From the IMG/VR virus record IMGVR_UViG_2061766007_000285: 20,000 nucleotides of DNA. One strand, written 5' to 3'. Source of the DNA: an uncultured virus (IMG/VR IMGVR_UViG_2061766007_000285). Its lineage: Duplodnaviria; Heunggongvirae; Uroviricota; Caudoviricetes. The notes below the pieces were generated by a model that saw only the letters and a program-made list of their open reading frames with translations, ran no database searches and was not told where the DNA came from. Both the position numbers and the translations under genes were made by a program. Shown here one piece after another: positions 1 through 8,005 of the stretch (positions are counted from its first letter, which is position 1; each line of letters begins with the position of its first letter).

Positions 1-1
1 A

Positions 2-631
2 AAAGACCTTGGCGTTTACAAGAATTCGTCAGGCTACACGGGAATGTATGACTTCACGGGTGAGCATACGAGGGCGGTGATGGCCGAGGGTTTCAAGCTG
101 CATTCCAAGGTTACGATTTGGACTGACCCCGTGCTGGAAATGCAAAGGACGAAGACCCAGCGCCTCCTTTACAAGCAGGTGACTTCCGATTCATCGAAGA
201 CGGGCATCGGCATGGCCGAGTACATCACCATCTTCAAGAAATGGGAAGGTGACGAAGCGGATTGGGAACCCATCGTGAACCTGAACCGCGACAATTTCCC
301 GCTTGAGACTTGGCAGAAATGGGCTTCGCCCGTGTGGATGGACATTAGGCGTACCGATGTGCTGACCGCCAGCGAAGGCACGGCTATGGGTGACGAAAAG
401 CACATTTGCCCCCTGCAGCTCGGAGTGATTGAGCGTTTGGTGAACCTTTGGAGCAACGAGGGCGAAACCGTCTTCACCCCGTTCCTTGGGATTGGCTCGG
501 AGGTGTATGAGGCAGTCAGAAATAACCGCAAGGGCATCGGCTGCGAGTTGAAGGACAGTTATTTCGACACGGCCGTCAAGAATATCAAGATTGCCGAATC
601 GAAGAAATACCAAAGAACCCTATTCGATTGA
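2..631 (+). CDS. DNA methyltransferase (N4-C/N6-A, beta-class-like), 5' end outside the window
   Basis: The frame is open from base 2. C-terminal HICPLQLGVIERLVNLWSNEGETVFTPFLGIGSE (FxGxG SAM-binding motif) and GIGCEL...YF are typical of phage N4/N6 methylases. Confidence 0.85.
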   Translation, partial: KDLGVYKNSSGYTGMYDFTGEHTRAVMAEGFKLHSKVTIWTDPVLEMQRTKTQRLLYKQVTSDSSKTGIGMAEYITIFKKWEGDEADWEPIVNLNRDNFPLETWQKWASPVWMDIRRTDVLTASEGTAMGDEKHICPLQLGVIERLVNLWSNEGETVFTPFLGIGSEVYEAVRNNRKGIGCELKDSYFDTAVKNIKIAESKKYQRTLFD

Positions 632-634
632 GCC

Positions 635-1039
635 ATGAACACGAAGCCGAACAAAAAGACTTGTTACAGCCGCGCCGTGGTGGGGACGAACCTCACCACG
701 GGAGAGCGGCGCAAGTGGCCGAGCGTGAAGACCGCCGCCGAGGGTTGCGGGATGCAGGCATCATGGTTCACCCACCTATTGAGAGGCCACCAGCCCGCAA
801 ACGGCTGGCTTTGCGCCTACGAGGACGAACAAGATTGGTTCGCCGAGAGGCTCGACTACTTCAAGCGGTCGGGCAAGTTCAAGAGAACCGACCCCAGCAA
901 GGACAAATCCATGAAGGGCAAGGTCGCCCTGCGGATTGACAGCCGGACGGTGATTTACGTGACCCCTGACAAGGCCACACCCGAATACGCACAACATTAT
1001 ATCAACAAACTGAAAGGAATAAAAGATGAACAAGACTAA
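635..1039 (+). CDS. Hypothetical protein with a NUMOD1-like helix-turn-helix DNA-binding motif
   Basis: RAVVGTNLTTGERRKWPSVKTAAEGCG...ANGW resembles NUMOD1. The ORF sits in line with the flanking genes. Confidence 0.5.
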   Translation: MNTKPNKKTCYSRAVVGTNLTTGERRKWPSVKTAAEGCGMQASWFTHLLRGHQPANGWLCAYEDEQDWFAERLDYFKRSGKFKRTDPSKDKSMKGKVALRIDSRTVIYVTPDKATPEYAQHYINKLKGIKDEQD

Positions 1040-1793
1040 AATCGCGTGGACTGAACGCACATGGAATCCCGTCACGGGATGCACCAAGATTTCCGAGGGT
1101 TGCCGCCATTGCTATGCCGAGGTCATGGCAAAAAGATTGCAAGGCATGGGGCAAAAGCGGTATAAGAACGGCTTCACCCTGACCCTTCACCCCGAAGCCC
1201 TGAATGAGCCAAAGAAGGTCAAAGAGCCTTCGATGTTTTTCGTTTGCTCGATGGCCGACCTTTTCCACAAGGACGTGCCGTTTGAGTTTGTGGATAGGGT
1301 GATGAACACGATTGCGGAATGCCCTCAACACACTTTCCAAATCCTGACCAAAAGGATTGACAATTTGTATTGCTACCTTATCGAGTGGCTGGACTACCCG
1401 TTTCAGTCAATCCCTGAAAACTGCTGGATTGGCACCACCGTGGAAAACGCCAGCGCGAAGGAAAGAATCAAGACCCTTGCGGAGTTGAAGGATTCCCCCG
1501 TCAGGTTCCTTTCGTGTGAGCCTCTTTTGGGCGATTTGGGAGAGTTAGACCTTCAAGGCATTGATTGGGTCATAGTGGGCGGCGAAAGCGGCTCACAAGC
1601 CCGAAAAATGAGCAAAGAATGGGTTTTGAACATTCAACGCCAATGCGCCGAGCAAGATGTCCCCTTCTTTTTCAAGCAATGGGGTACCTGGGGCGAGGAT
1701 GGCATCAAGAGAAACAAAAAGGCCAACGGATTCCTGATTGACGGCAAGGTTTGTCAGGAATGGCCGAAAGTATGGAAAGGAGGTTTGCAATGA
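1026..1793 (+). CDS. DUF5131 / phage Gp37-Gp68 family radical-SAM-like protein
   Basis: TWNPVTGCTKISEGCRHCYAE, FVCSMADLFH, FQILTKR, RFLSCEPLLG, WVIVGGESG and PFFFKQWG are family hallmarks. Confidence 0.9.
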   Translation: MNKTKIAWTERTWNPVTGCTKISEGCRHCYAEVMAKRLQGMGQKRYKNGFTLTLHPEALNEPKKVKEPSMFFVCSMADLFHKDVPFEFVDRVMNTIAECPQHTFQILTKRIDNLYCYLIEWLDYPFQSIPENCWIGTTVENASAKERIKTLAELKDSPVRFLSCEPLLGDLGELDLQGIDWVIVGGESGSQARKMSKEWVLNIQRQCAEQDVPFFFKQWGTWGEDGIKRNKKANGFLIDGKVCQEWPKVWKGGLQ

Positions 1794-2056
1794 AAGTACA
1801 AGTAACTGCAATGAAACTCGTTTGCGACTGCTGCGGCGAGACCTACGAGAATTACAATGGATGGACTTGCATCGTTGGCGATGTGGATGGTAGTGACATC
1901 CTGCAAGAGGCATTGAATGATAATTGGTTGGAATTGGGTGGTAAGCACTACTGCCCAAAATGCTATTCAATCGACAAAGACGATAATTATGCCACGAAAG
2001 ACGGATGTGTTTACGATGGTGAAACCGAAGAACTACTGAAAGGAGGTCAGCAATGA
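1790..2056 (+). CDS. Small zinc-finger protein
   Basis: The ATG at 1790 overlaps the upstream TGA (ATGA) and has AAAGGAGGT upstream. It contains CDCC...HYCPKC. Confidence 0.6.
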   Translation: MKVQVTAMKLVCDCCGETYENYNGWTCIVGDVDGSDILQEALNDNWLELGGKHYCPKCYSIDKDDNYATKDGCVYDGETEELLKGGQQ

Positions 2057-2760
2057 GTTTGAAACACATTACATTTACGGGTATTGATTCAAAGACTGAC
2101 ATTAAGGCTTTGCAGGAAATAACCAAAAAATACCCGATTGTTGAATTTGGAGTATTGACAAGCTATCATTATTACGAAAATGGGAATCGCTACCTTGAAC
2201 CAACGCTAATGGGCGGGCTTCGTGATAAAAACCTTAATCTTTCACTTCATATTTGCGGAACTGCGGCTCACGATGCTTCCCGTGGTTTTTGGGGTAAAAT
2301 AATCGAACTGACGAAAGACAACCTCGATATTTTCAAGCGTTGTCAGGTGAACATTGCCAACCGAAAAGACAATTACCCTTATTGTTGGATGGCTTCATAC
2401 CCATATCAGGAAATCATTATCCAGCAGCGTAATATCTACGAACTTAAACTTTTCCAAGTCACGATGGATTTATGGAGAGAGCCAGCCGCATTCTCCGTGT
2501 TGCTTGATGCTTCAGGAGGGCGTGGCATAGACACGGCTATCGAGATTCTCAATAGAGATTACAAAGTCGGCTATGCTGGCGGTTTTAACCCTGATAATGT
2601 CGGCGAAAAGTTGTCATACCTTATGGATAATGTCAAAGGTGACTTTTGGATTGATATGGAATCAGGAGTACGGACAAACGATTGGTTTGATTTGGAAAAG
2701 GTTGTCAAAGTCTTGGAAATATGCGAACCTATTATCAAGAAAGGAGGTCAGGATGATTAA
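2053..2760 (+). CDS. Phage phosphoribosylanthranilate-isomerase (TrpF)-like TIM-barrel protein
   Basis: Motifs ITFTGID, LLDASGGRG, GYAGGFNPDNV and WIDMESGVR parallel TrpF LLD..GGTG, LAGGL.PENV and VDVSSGVE. Confidence 0.7.
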   Translation: MSLKHITFTGIDSKTDIKALQEITKKYPIVEFGVLTSYHYYENGNRYLEPTLMGGLRDKNLNLSLHICGTAAHDASRGFWGKIIELTKDNLDIFKRCQVNIANRKDNYPYCWMASYPYQEIIIQQRNIYELKLFQVTMDLWREPAAFSVLLDASGGRGIDTAIEILNRDYKVGYAGGFNPDNVGEKLSYLMDNVKGDFWIDMESGVRTNDWFDLEKVVKVLEICEPIIKKGGQDD

Positions 2761-3043
2761 GGTCATAGTTGAGCGCAAAAGCACGGGCGACACCAAGGAA
2801 TACCGCCGCCACAAGCTAATTGAAATCATCATCATGTATGTGGCCGCTGCCGTTTACGCTGCCCTGATGATTGCCGTTGTCCTTTGGAGGGAATACATGC
2901 TTGCTTTGTGTTTCCTTTCCTACTCCTACATCTTTTTCGCAAAAGGCCGCGAATGGGATAGGCAAAACTTGTTGATTGAGTTTGTGGTGGACTTGTCGCA
3001 AGCCCTGACCGAAAAGACCGAGGAAGGAGGCGATGATGAATAG
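2753..3043 (+). CDS. Small membrane protein
   Basis: The ATG at 2753 follows AAAGGAGGT. There are two hydrophobic segments (IIIMYVAAAVYAALMIAVVLW; YMLALCFLSYSYIFF). Confidence 0.6.
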   Translation: MIKVIVERKSTGDTKEYRRHKLIEIIIMYVAAAVYAALMIAVVLWREYMLALCFLSYSYIFFAKGREWDRQNLLIEFVVDLSQALTEKTEEGGDDE

Positions 3044-3626
3044 ATACCACAAAAAGAAAAACCTCTTCAAGTTCTTCAAGTCGAAGGACTTCAATGAGGC
3101 AAGGATGAAGATGTGCGCGATTTATGTGCTGTTGTCGTATGCCAACGAGCTGCACGAGGATGTGGATAGGCTGTTGCAGGGCTACGAGGGGCTGATGATT
3201 GGGATGCTGAAACACAAGTCGAAGCTGGCTTCCAAGGCACTTGATGAGTACGACAAAGAATATGCCCTTCACATAGAGGGTGGCATGGGTACCGTGGCCG
3301 ACACCACCATCATTGCCACTTCCGAGATCGAGACCGCCATCAAGCAAAACCAGTTTTTCCTTCAGGAGGGCTACAAGGCCGTGGCACGCGCCATATCCGA
3401 GCAGATGGAAAAGACCATCAACGACCCCGAAGAATTGGAAAAGGAGGCGTTTTGCGGCTTTGAGATTTTCGACCCCGAAAGCCACGAAGTGACCAAGAAC
3501 GAGACCTTGCGGCTTATCCGCAGGGATTTGGACGGCAACCCTGATGTGGATGCCATTATGAAGGGTGTTGAACTCGGCTTCGACACCGCCGTGAACTATG
3601 TGAACAAGATTTATTTGGAGGCTTGA
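3033..3626 (+). CDS. Hypothetical protein
   Basis: 197-aa ORF overlapping the upstream gene, preceded by AAGGAGG. Confidence 0.65.
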   Translation: MMNRYHKKKNLFKFFKSKDFNEARMKMCAIYVLLSYANELHEDVDRLLQGYEGLMIGMLKHKSKLASKALDEYDKEYALHIEGGMGTVADTTIIATSEIETAIKQNQFFLQEGYKAVARAISEQMEKTINDPEELEKEAFCGFEIFDPESHEVTKNETLRLIRRDLDGNPDVDAIMKGVELGFDTAVNYVNKIYLEA

Positions 3627-3630
3627 AACG

Positions 3631-4047
3631 ATGAAAAGGAAACCAATACCAAAGGAAATGCGCCAATCGGTATATGAAAAGTACCAAGGCCATTGCGCCT
3701 ATTGCGGCAAGAAACTGAACATCGGTGAAATGCAGGTTGACCATGCCATACCCCTTGCGGGCTTATGGTATGGCAAAGACCGAAAGAAGGTTGCCGATAT
3801 GATTGAGGACGGTTCCATCAACAATATCGAGAACCTGATGCCAGCTTGCCGAGCCTGCAACTACTACAAAGGCGTTGGCGATATTGAGCAATTCCGCTAC
3901 CGCATTAAGAATGAGTTAGACCACACCTGCAGGGGTACATTCCAAGCCCGCCTTGCGATTCAGTTTGGAATCATTGAGTACCACCAATGGGATGGTAAGT
4001 TTTACTTTGAAAAAATGAATCAAAATGAAAAAGATAATGTTCAATGA
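3631..4047 (+). CDS. HNH endonuclease
   Basis: GHCAYCG...MQVDH...ENLMPACRACNYYKG. Confidence 0.88.
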   Translation: MKRKPIPKEMRQSVYEKYQGHCAYCGKKLNIGEMQVDHAIPLAGLWYGKDRKKVADMIEDGSINNIENLMPACRACNYYKGVGDIEQFRYRIKNELDHTCRGTFQARLAIQFGIIEYHQWDGKFYFEKMNQNEKDNVQ

Positions 4048-4636
4048 CAAGTACGGCCTGACCAATGCCGTGCTGAGTGGAAAAAAGACCATGACACGAA
4101 GGTTTTTCTTTGCCAATATCCATGAATACAATGTAATCCGTCAGAGTTTGCTGGATGTTGAGGAAAACCAAAATGAAAACCGCCGTGCCATTATCAAAAA
4201 GTATTCAAGATACCAAGTCGGTGAAATTGTCGCAGTGGCGCAAAGCTATGAAAGTATGGCCAATGGCGGCTATCTTGACCGAATGACCGTGCCAGCCGAC
4301 AACGCCGTTGGGTTTGAGCTCAAACTTGAGTATTGCGGTGGCGGCTATAAAAACAAGATGTTTGTGAGTGCAGACCTTATGCCACACCATATTTACATTA
4401 CTGACATCAAAATTGAGCTGTTGCAGGACATAAGCGATGAGGATTGTTTGAAAGAAGGTCTTGATTGGATAATTGGAACGCCTGGAATACTCAAAAAATG
4501 GACGTTTTTCGGAACCAAAAAAACATGGAATACTCGGCGCGAAGCCTTTGCCGCCCTTATCGACAAGGTGAGTGGAAAAGGCACATGGGAAAACAACCCC
4601 TATGTTTTTGCATATTCATTCAAACTAATAGATTAA
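4025..4636 (+). CDS. ASCH/PUA-like domain phage protein
   Basis: MKKIMFND...AVLSGKKTMTRR (GxKxxxxR), LQDISDEDCLKEG and WENNPYVFAYSF. Confidence 0.7.
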   Translation: MKKIMFNDKYGLTNAVLSGKKTMTRRFFFANIHEYNVIRQSLLDVEENQNENRRAIIKKYSRYQVGEIVAVAQSYESMANGGYLDRMTVPADNAVGFELKLEYCGGGYKNKMFVSADLMPHHIYITDIKIELLQDISDEDCLKEGLDWIIGTPGILKKWTFFGTKKTWNTRREAFAALIDKVSGKGTWENNPYVFAYSFKLID

Positions 4637-4647
4637 ATTTCATCATT

Positions 4648-4851
4648 ATGGAAAACCCCTACGAATTTATCCACATGGCGACCGTTGAACGCCTTGCGGA
4701 CATCATGGAACACCTCTACGATGAGGATGAGAGTTGCAACCCCCTCTACAACGAAAACGAGCGCATTGAGGCTGCAAAGGAGGCGGCATCGCGGCTGAGG
4801 ATGCTGCACAATCGCCCCGAAAAATTCAACCACGAAGCATTCAGTTGTTAA
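4648..4851 (+). CDS. Hypothetical protein
   Basis: ATG after an AT-rich leader; MENPYEFIHMATVERLADIMEHL... Confidence 0.55.
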   Translation: MENPYEFIHMATVERLADIMEHLYDEDESCNPLYNENERIEAAKEAASRLRMLHNRPEKFNHEAFSC

Positions 4852-4870
4852 ACCCCTAAATCAAAGTATT

Positions 4871-5221
4871 ATGGCAAAAGAAAAAGAAATGACACTCGGC
4901 GAATTGATTGAGTCCGAGAAATTCAAGACCGAGCTGGAGACCCAAATCAATAAGGCGTTCAAGGAATACGACACGGCCGCTGACAAGTTCGACAAAGTGA
5001 AGCGAAACCCGATGATGCGCCTGCGTGAAATGGGTGCCGAGAAACCACAAAAGATGATTGAGCTGTATATCGGCATCATCGACCACAACAGCGACCTGCC
5101 AGCAACCTTGCGCGAGTATGTGACCAAGATTTGCGAGCCGATTCTTAACAAATGCCTCGTTGACCTCTACAAGGAAATGAAGGCGAAGGAAAAGGAGGGC
5201 GAAGATGGCAACGAAGCATGA
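4871..5221 (+). CDS. Hypothetical protein
   Basis: 116-aa ORF with an AT-rich leader, co-oriented with its neighbours. Confidence 0.6.
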   Translation: MAKEKEMTLGELIESEKFKTELETQINKAFKEYDTAADKFDKVKRNPMMRLREMGAEKPQKMIELYIGIIDHNSDLPATLREYVTKICEPILNKCLVDLYKEMKAKEKEGEDGNEA

Positions 5222-5375
5222 CCCCGATTCCATCGTGACCGAGAGCCGCATGGAGGTGCTGATGGACGGCTGGACGATTGTGGTCGTCTCCACCTTCAAG
5301 GACGGCAAGAATGTGGGAATCAATATCTACAAGGCAAAGCATAACCAAAAACAATTAGAATCATGGCTTCAGTAA
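5205..5375 (+). CDS. Small hypothetical protein (56 aa, absent from the ORF track)
   Basis: MATKHDPDSIVTESRMEVLMDGWTIVVVSTFKDGKNVGINIYKAKHNQKQLESWLQ*. It has AAAGGAGG at 5191-5198 and fills the gap before ssb, overlapping both neighbours. Confidence 0.55.
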   Translation: MATKHDPDSIVTESRMEVLMDGWTIVVVSTFKDGKNVGINIYKAKHNQKQLESWLQ

Positions 5376-5833
5376 ACATGGCAGTAGTGGTGGGGTTTGT
5401 CGGTGACACCCCACGAATCAACACGACCCAATCAGGGCGCAAGATGGCATCGTTCTCGATTGCCACCACCGAAAAGGGCTACACCAACCAAAGCGGCCAG
5501 CAGATACCCGACAAAACCGAGTGGCACAACATTGTGTGCTGGGGAAAGACGGCGGAGGTGGTCGAGCGGTTTGTGCATAAAGGTAGCCAGCTCTACATTC
5601 AGGGCAAGATGCGGACCCGCACCTACGAAAAGGACGGGCAAACCCGCTACACCTTCGAAATCGAGTGCGAGACCCTGCAACTGCTTGACCGCCGCAATGA
5701 CGGCCAAGGCCAACCGCAAACGGCCTACCAGCCCCAATCCCAGCCCCAACAGCAGTACCAGCAACCCCAACCCCAACCACGAGTAAACAGTTGGGATGAA
5801 CCCATCGAACCCATTGGCGACTTGCCCTTTTGA
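5363..5833 (+). CDS. ssb: Single-stranded DNA-binding protein
   Basis: MASVN...VG...FSIATTE...TEWHNIVCWGKTAE...KGSQLYIQGKMRTRTY, a Q/P-rich linker and a C-terminal DLPF. Confidence 0.95.
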   Translation: MASVNMAVVVGFVGDTPRINTTQSGRKMASFSIATTEKGYTNQSGQQIPDKTEWHNIVCWGKTAEVVERFVHKGSQLYIQGKMRTRTYEKDGQTRYTFEIECETLQLLDRRNDGQGQPQTAYQPQSQPQQQYQQPQPQPRVNSWDEPIEPIGDLPF

Positions 5834-5835
5834 TT

Positions 5836-6183
5836 ATGAGACACCAAGAGAGTGAGATACAGCGTAATTGTGTGGCGTGGTTCAGGCTGCAATATCCAAG
5901 GCTTGCGTTGCTGTTGTTCGCCGTGCCGAATGGCGGGGCGAGGTGGCGGACGGAGGCCGCGATAATGAAGGCCGAGGGCGTGACGGCTGGGGTGGCCGAT
6001 TTGCTATTCCTCTACCCTGCCAAAGGTTTTCACGGGCTTTGCATCGAAATGAAGACCCCTGACGGGAAACAGCAGGCCACACAAAAGGCGTGGCAGAAGG
6101 CCGTTGAGGATGCGGGCTACAAATACGCCCTATGCCGTTCCTTCGAGGGCTTCATGGACGAGATAAACGCTTATTTGCGTTGA
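5836..6183 (+). CDS. VRR-NUC domain nuclease (Holliday-junction resolvase-like)
   Basis: ESEIQ...FAVPNGG...EGVTAGVADL...LCIEMKTPDGKQ...QKAW (PD-(D/E)xK). Confidence 0.85.
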   Translation: MRHQESEIQRNCVAWFRLQYPRLALLLFAVPNGGARWRTEAAIMKAEGVTAGVADLLFLYPAKGFHGLCIEMKTPDGKQQATQKAWQKAVEDAGYKYALCRSFEGFMDEINAYLR

Positions 6184-6200
6184 TTTTCCTTTTTTTTGAG

Positions 6201-6239
6201 CGAAAAGGGTACTTAATAAGCACCCTTTTCGTATTTTTG
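6201..6239 (+). promoter_or_regulatory. 31-bp near-perfect palindrome (operator and/or terminator) directly followed by a Bacteroidetes -7 promoter element
   Basis: CGAAAAGGGT-A-CTTA-A-TAAG-C-ACCCTTTTCG (6201-6231), then TATTTTTG (6232-6239, matches TAnnTTTG), 33 bp upstream of the ATG at 6273. Confidence 0.55.
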
Positions 6240-6272
6240 CGGCGGTTATCAACTAACTTAAATTCAAGTAAT

Positions 6273-7376
6273 ATGAAAAGAATGACGATGAAACTCGGCG
6301 GATTGGTAAGGCTTGCCGCCTTGTTTGTCGCGCTTGCCTTCTGCATGACGGGGGCTGCGCAAAGGCCTTACAAGTACGATTCAGGCCACAAGTACTCATT
6401 GCTGTCTAATTGGACGGTGGGCGTGGCCGGGCAATACTCAAACTACCACGGTGCTTCGGGCGTGGGCATTTCGGCCTTGGCCACGAAGCGTGTGGATGAC
6501 CTTTGGAGGCTTCGCTTTGAGGCCACCATGAACGGGCTGCGTGATGTCGAAGGCTTCGACCGCTACGGCACGGCTATGGCCGGCGTTTCGTTTGATTTCC
6601 TGAATTGGATGTACCTCTTTGCCGATGCTGGCGCGGTGATTAACCCCACAATGGCCACCAAATGCGGCCTTGCGGGTGACGCTGGCCTTGGCCTGAATGT
6701 GAACTTCGGGAAACACTCGATGCTGTGGCTGGAGGGCGGCAGCGACCTGGTTCAGCATAATGCGTCATGGGACAATACATTCTTTGCCCGCCTTGGATAT
6801 TCCGCAAGGATGGGAATCACGGAGGGCGACCGCGTGGCCATTGACATCGACAACAATATGCGAAACACCTATGGCGAAATCAAGCAGGAAAACGCCCTAT
6901 TGAAATCCGAGGCCAAAAAGAAGGATGAGGATAATGCGAGGCTGACGGACTTGCTGGAGCGTTCCACCGCCGCGCTGGAGTTGGCAACGCAAAGGTTGAG
7001 CAATTGTCAGTCGGAAGTGCAGCAGGTGACGGAGAACTGCGCCAATATGGGTGATGAGTTGATGCCCATTTTCTTCGACTATGCGAGTGCCGAGATTACC
7101 CCGATTGAGGATGCCAAGATTGAGCGCATTGCCCATTACATCAACACCCACGGCGGCGAGTATCGGGTGGAGGGGTATAGTTCCCCCGATGGCAATTCCT
7201 ACAACAACCAAAAGTTGAGCGGCGACCGTGCCTTCAATGTGTATCAGGCTCTTATCGCCTACGATGTGGACAAAGACCGCCTTATCCCGATGGCCAACGG
7301 CGTGACCTCCCAATATGGGGATGATTCAGCCCTGAATCGCATGGTAATAGTGAGAAAAACGGAGTATGGAAATTAG
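6273..7376 (+). CDS. OmpA-family outer membrane protein (signal peptide, beta-barrel, coiled coil, OmpA C-terminal peptidoglycan-binding domain)
   Basis: Signal peptide MKRMTMK...FCMTGAA-Q, amphipathic beta strands and a coiled-coil segment. C-terminal IFFDYASAEI...VEGYSSPDG...NQKLSGDRA...NRMV is the OmpA_C signature. Confidence 0.85.
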   Translation: MKRMTMKLGGLVRLAALFVALAFCMTGAAQRPYKYDSGHKYSLLSNWTVGVAGQYSNYHGASGVGISALATKRVDDLWRLRFEATMNGLRDVEGFDRYGTAMAGVSFDFLNWMYLFADAGAVINPTMATKCGLAGDAGLGLNVNFGKHSMLWLEGGSDLVQHNASWDNTFFARLGYSARMGITEGDRVAIDIDNNMRNTYGEIKQENALLKSEAKKKDEDNARLTDLLERSTAALELATQRLSNCQSEVQQVTENCANMGDELMPIFFDYASAEITPIEDAKIERIAHYINTHGGEYRVEGYSSPDGNSYNNQKLSGDRAFNVYQALIAYDVDKDRLIPMANGVTSQYGDDSALNRMVIVRKTEYGN

Positions 7377-7999
7377 TAAAGACATAAAGTCCTTGTTCGT
7401 TTGGCTCCCTCTTTCAGAGTTGGAGCCAAACGAGGGGCAACTTGAGGGGTTGCCAGCAAATCCACGCAAGATTTCCGAAAGCAAGTTGGAGTTGCTGAAA
7501 GAAAACATCATGCAATATCCTGAAATGCTGGAGTTGCATAGGATGAAGGTTTACCCTCTTGAAAATGGCCATTATATCATTGTCGATGGTAATATGCGCC
7601 ACCGTGCCTTGACTGAACTCTGCTGGGAAAATGCGCCACCGTGCCTTGACTGAACTCGGCTGGGAAAATGCGCCGTGTGTCATCATTCCAAAAGAAACCC
7701 CTACTGATAGGCTGCAAGCCTATGCTGCCCTTTGTAATGTGGGATTCGGCAAATGGGAATGGGATATGCTGGGGAATGAGTGGGATGCCGCCCAGCTTTC
7801 AGCCTGGGGCGTGGACTTGTTCATTAGCGAGGCCGAACTTAACCCCGATGACTTTTGCAGCGATGGTGACGAGAGTAAGACCAAGAACGGGGAAAAGATT
7901 GTCATTGTATTGCCTGAAAAACTCATTGGGTCGAAGGATGAAATCAGGGTTATTCTTGAAAATGGGTTGAAAGCCTATGATGGTGTGACCGTAAAATAG
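7366..7999 (+). pseudogene. ParB/Srx-like protein 1, frameshifted by a 37-bp tandem duplication
   Basis: ORFs 7366-7653 and 7631-7999 are the N- and C-halves of a paralog of 8006-8578 (GQLEGLPANPRKI, VYPL, IVDGNMR, FGKWEW). Removing one repeat copy gives a 198-aa ORF. Confidence 0.75.
7594..7674 (+). repeat. Tandem 37-bp direct duplication with ATGCGCC microhomology
   Basis: ATGCGCCACCGTGCCTTGACTGAACTC(T/G)GCTGGGAAA at 7594-7630 and 7631-7667, then ATGCGCC at 7668-7674. There is one mismatch (T7621 vs G7658). Confidence 0.95.
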
Positions 8000-8005
8000 T
8001 AATCT

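Noticed and set aside
5700..5785. CAA/CAG/CCC-rich repeat
   Set aside because: It is the ordinary Q/P-rich disordered linker of SSB.
7594..7674. CRISPR array (37-bp repeats)
   Set aside because: There are only two abutting copies with no spacer, inside a coding sequence, and no cas genes.
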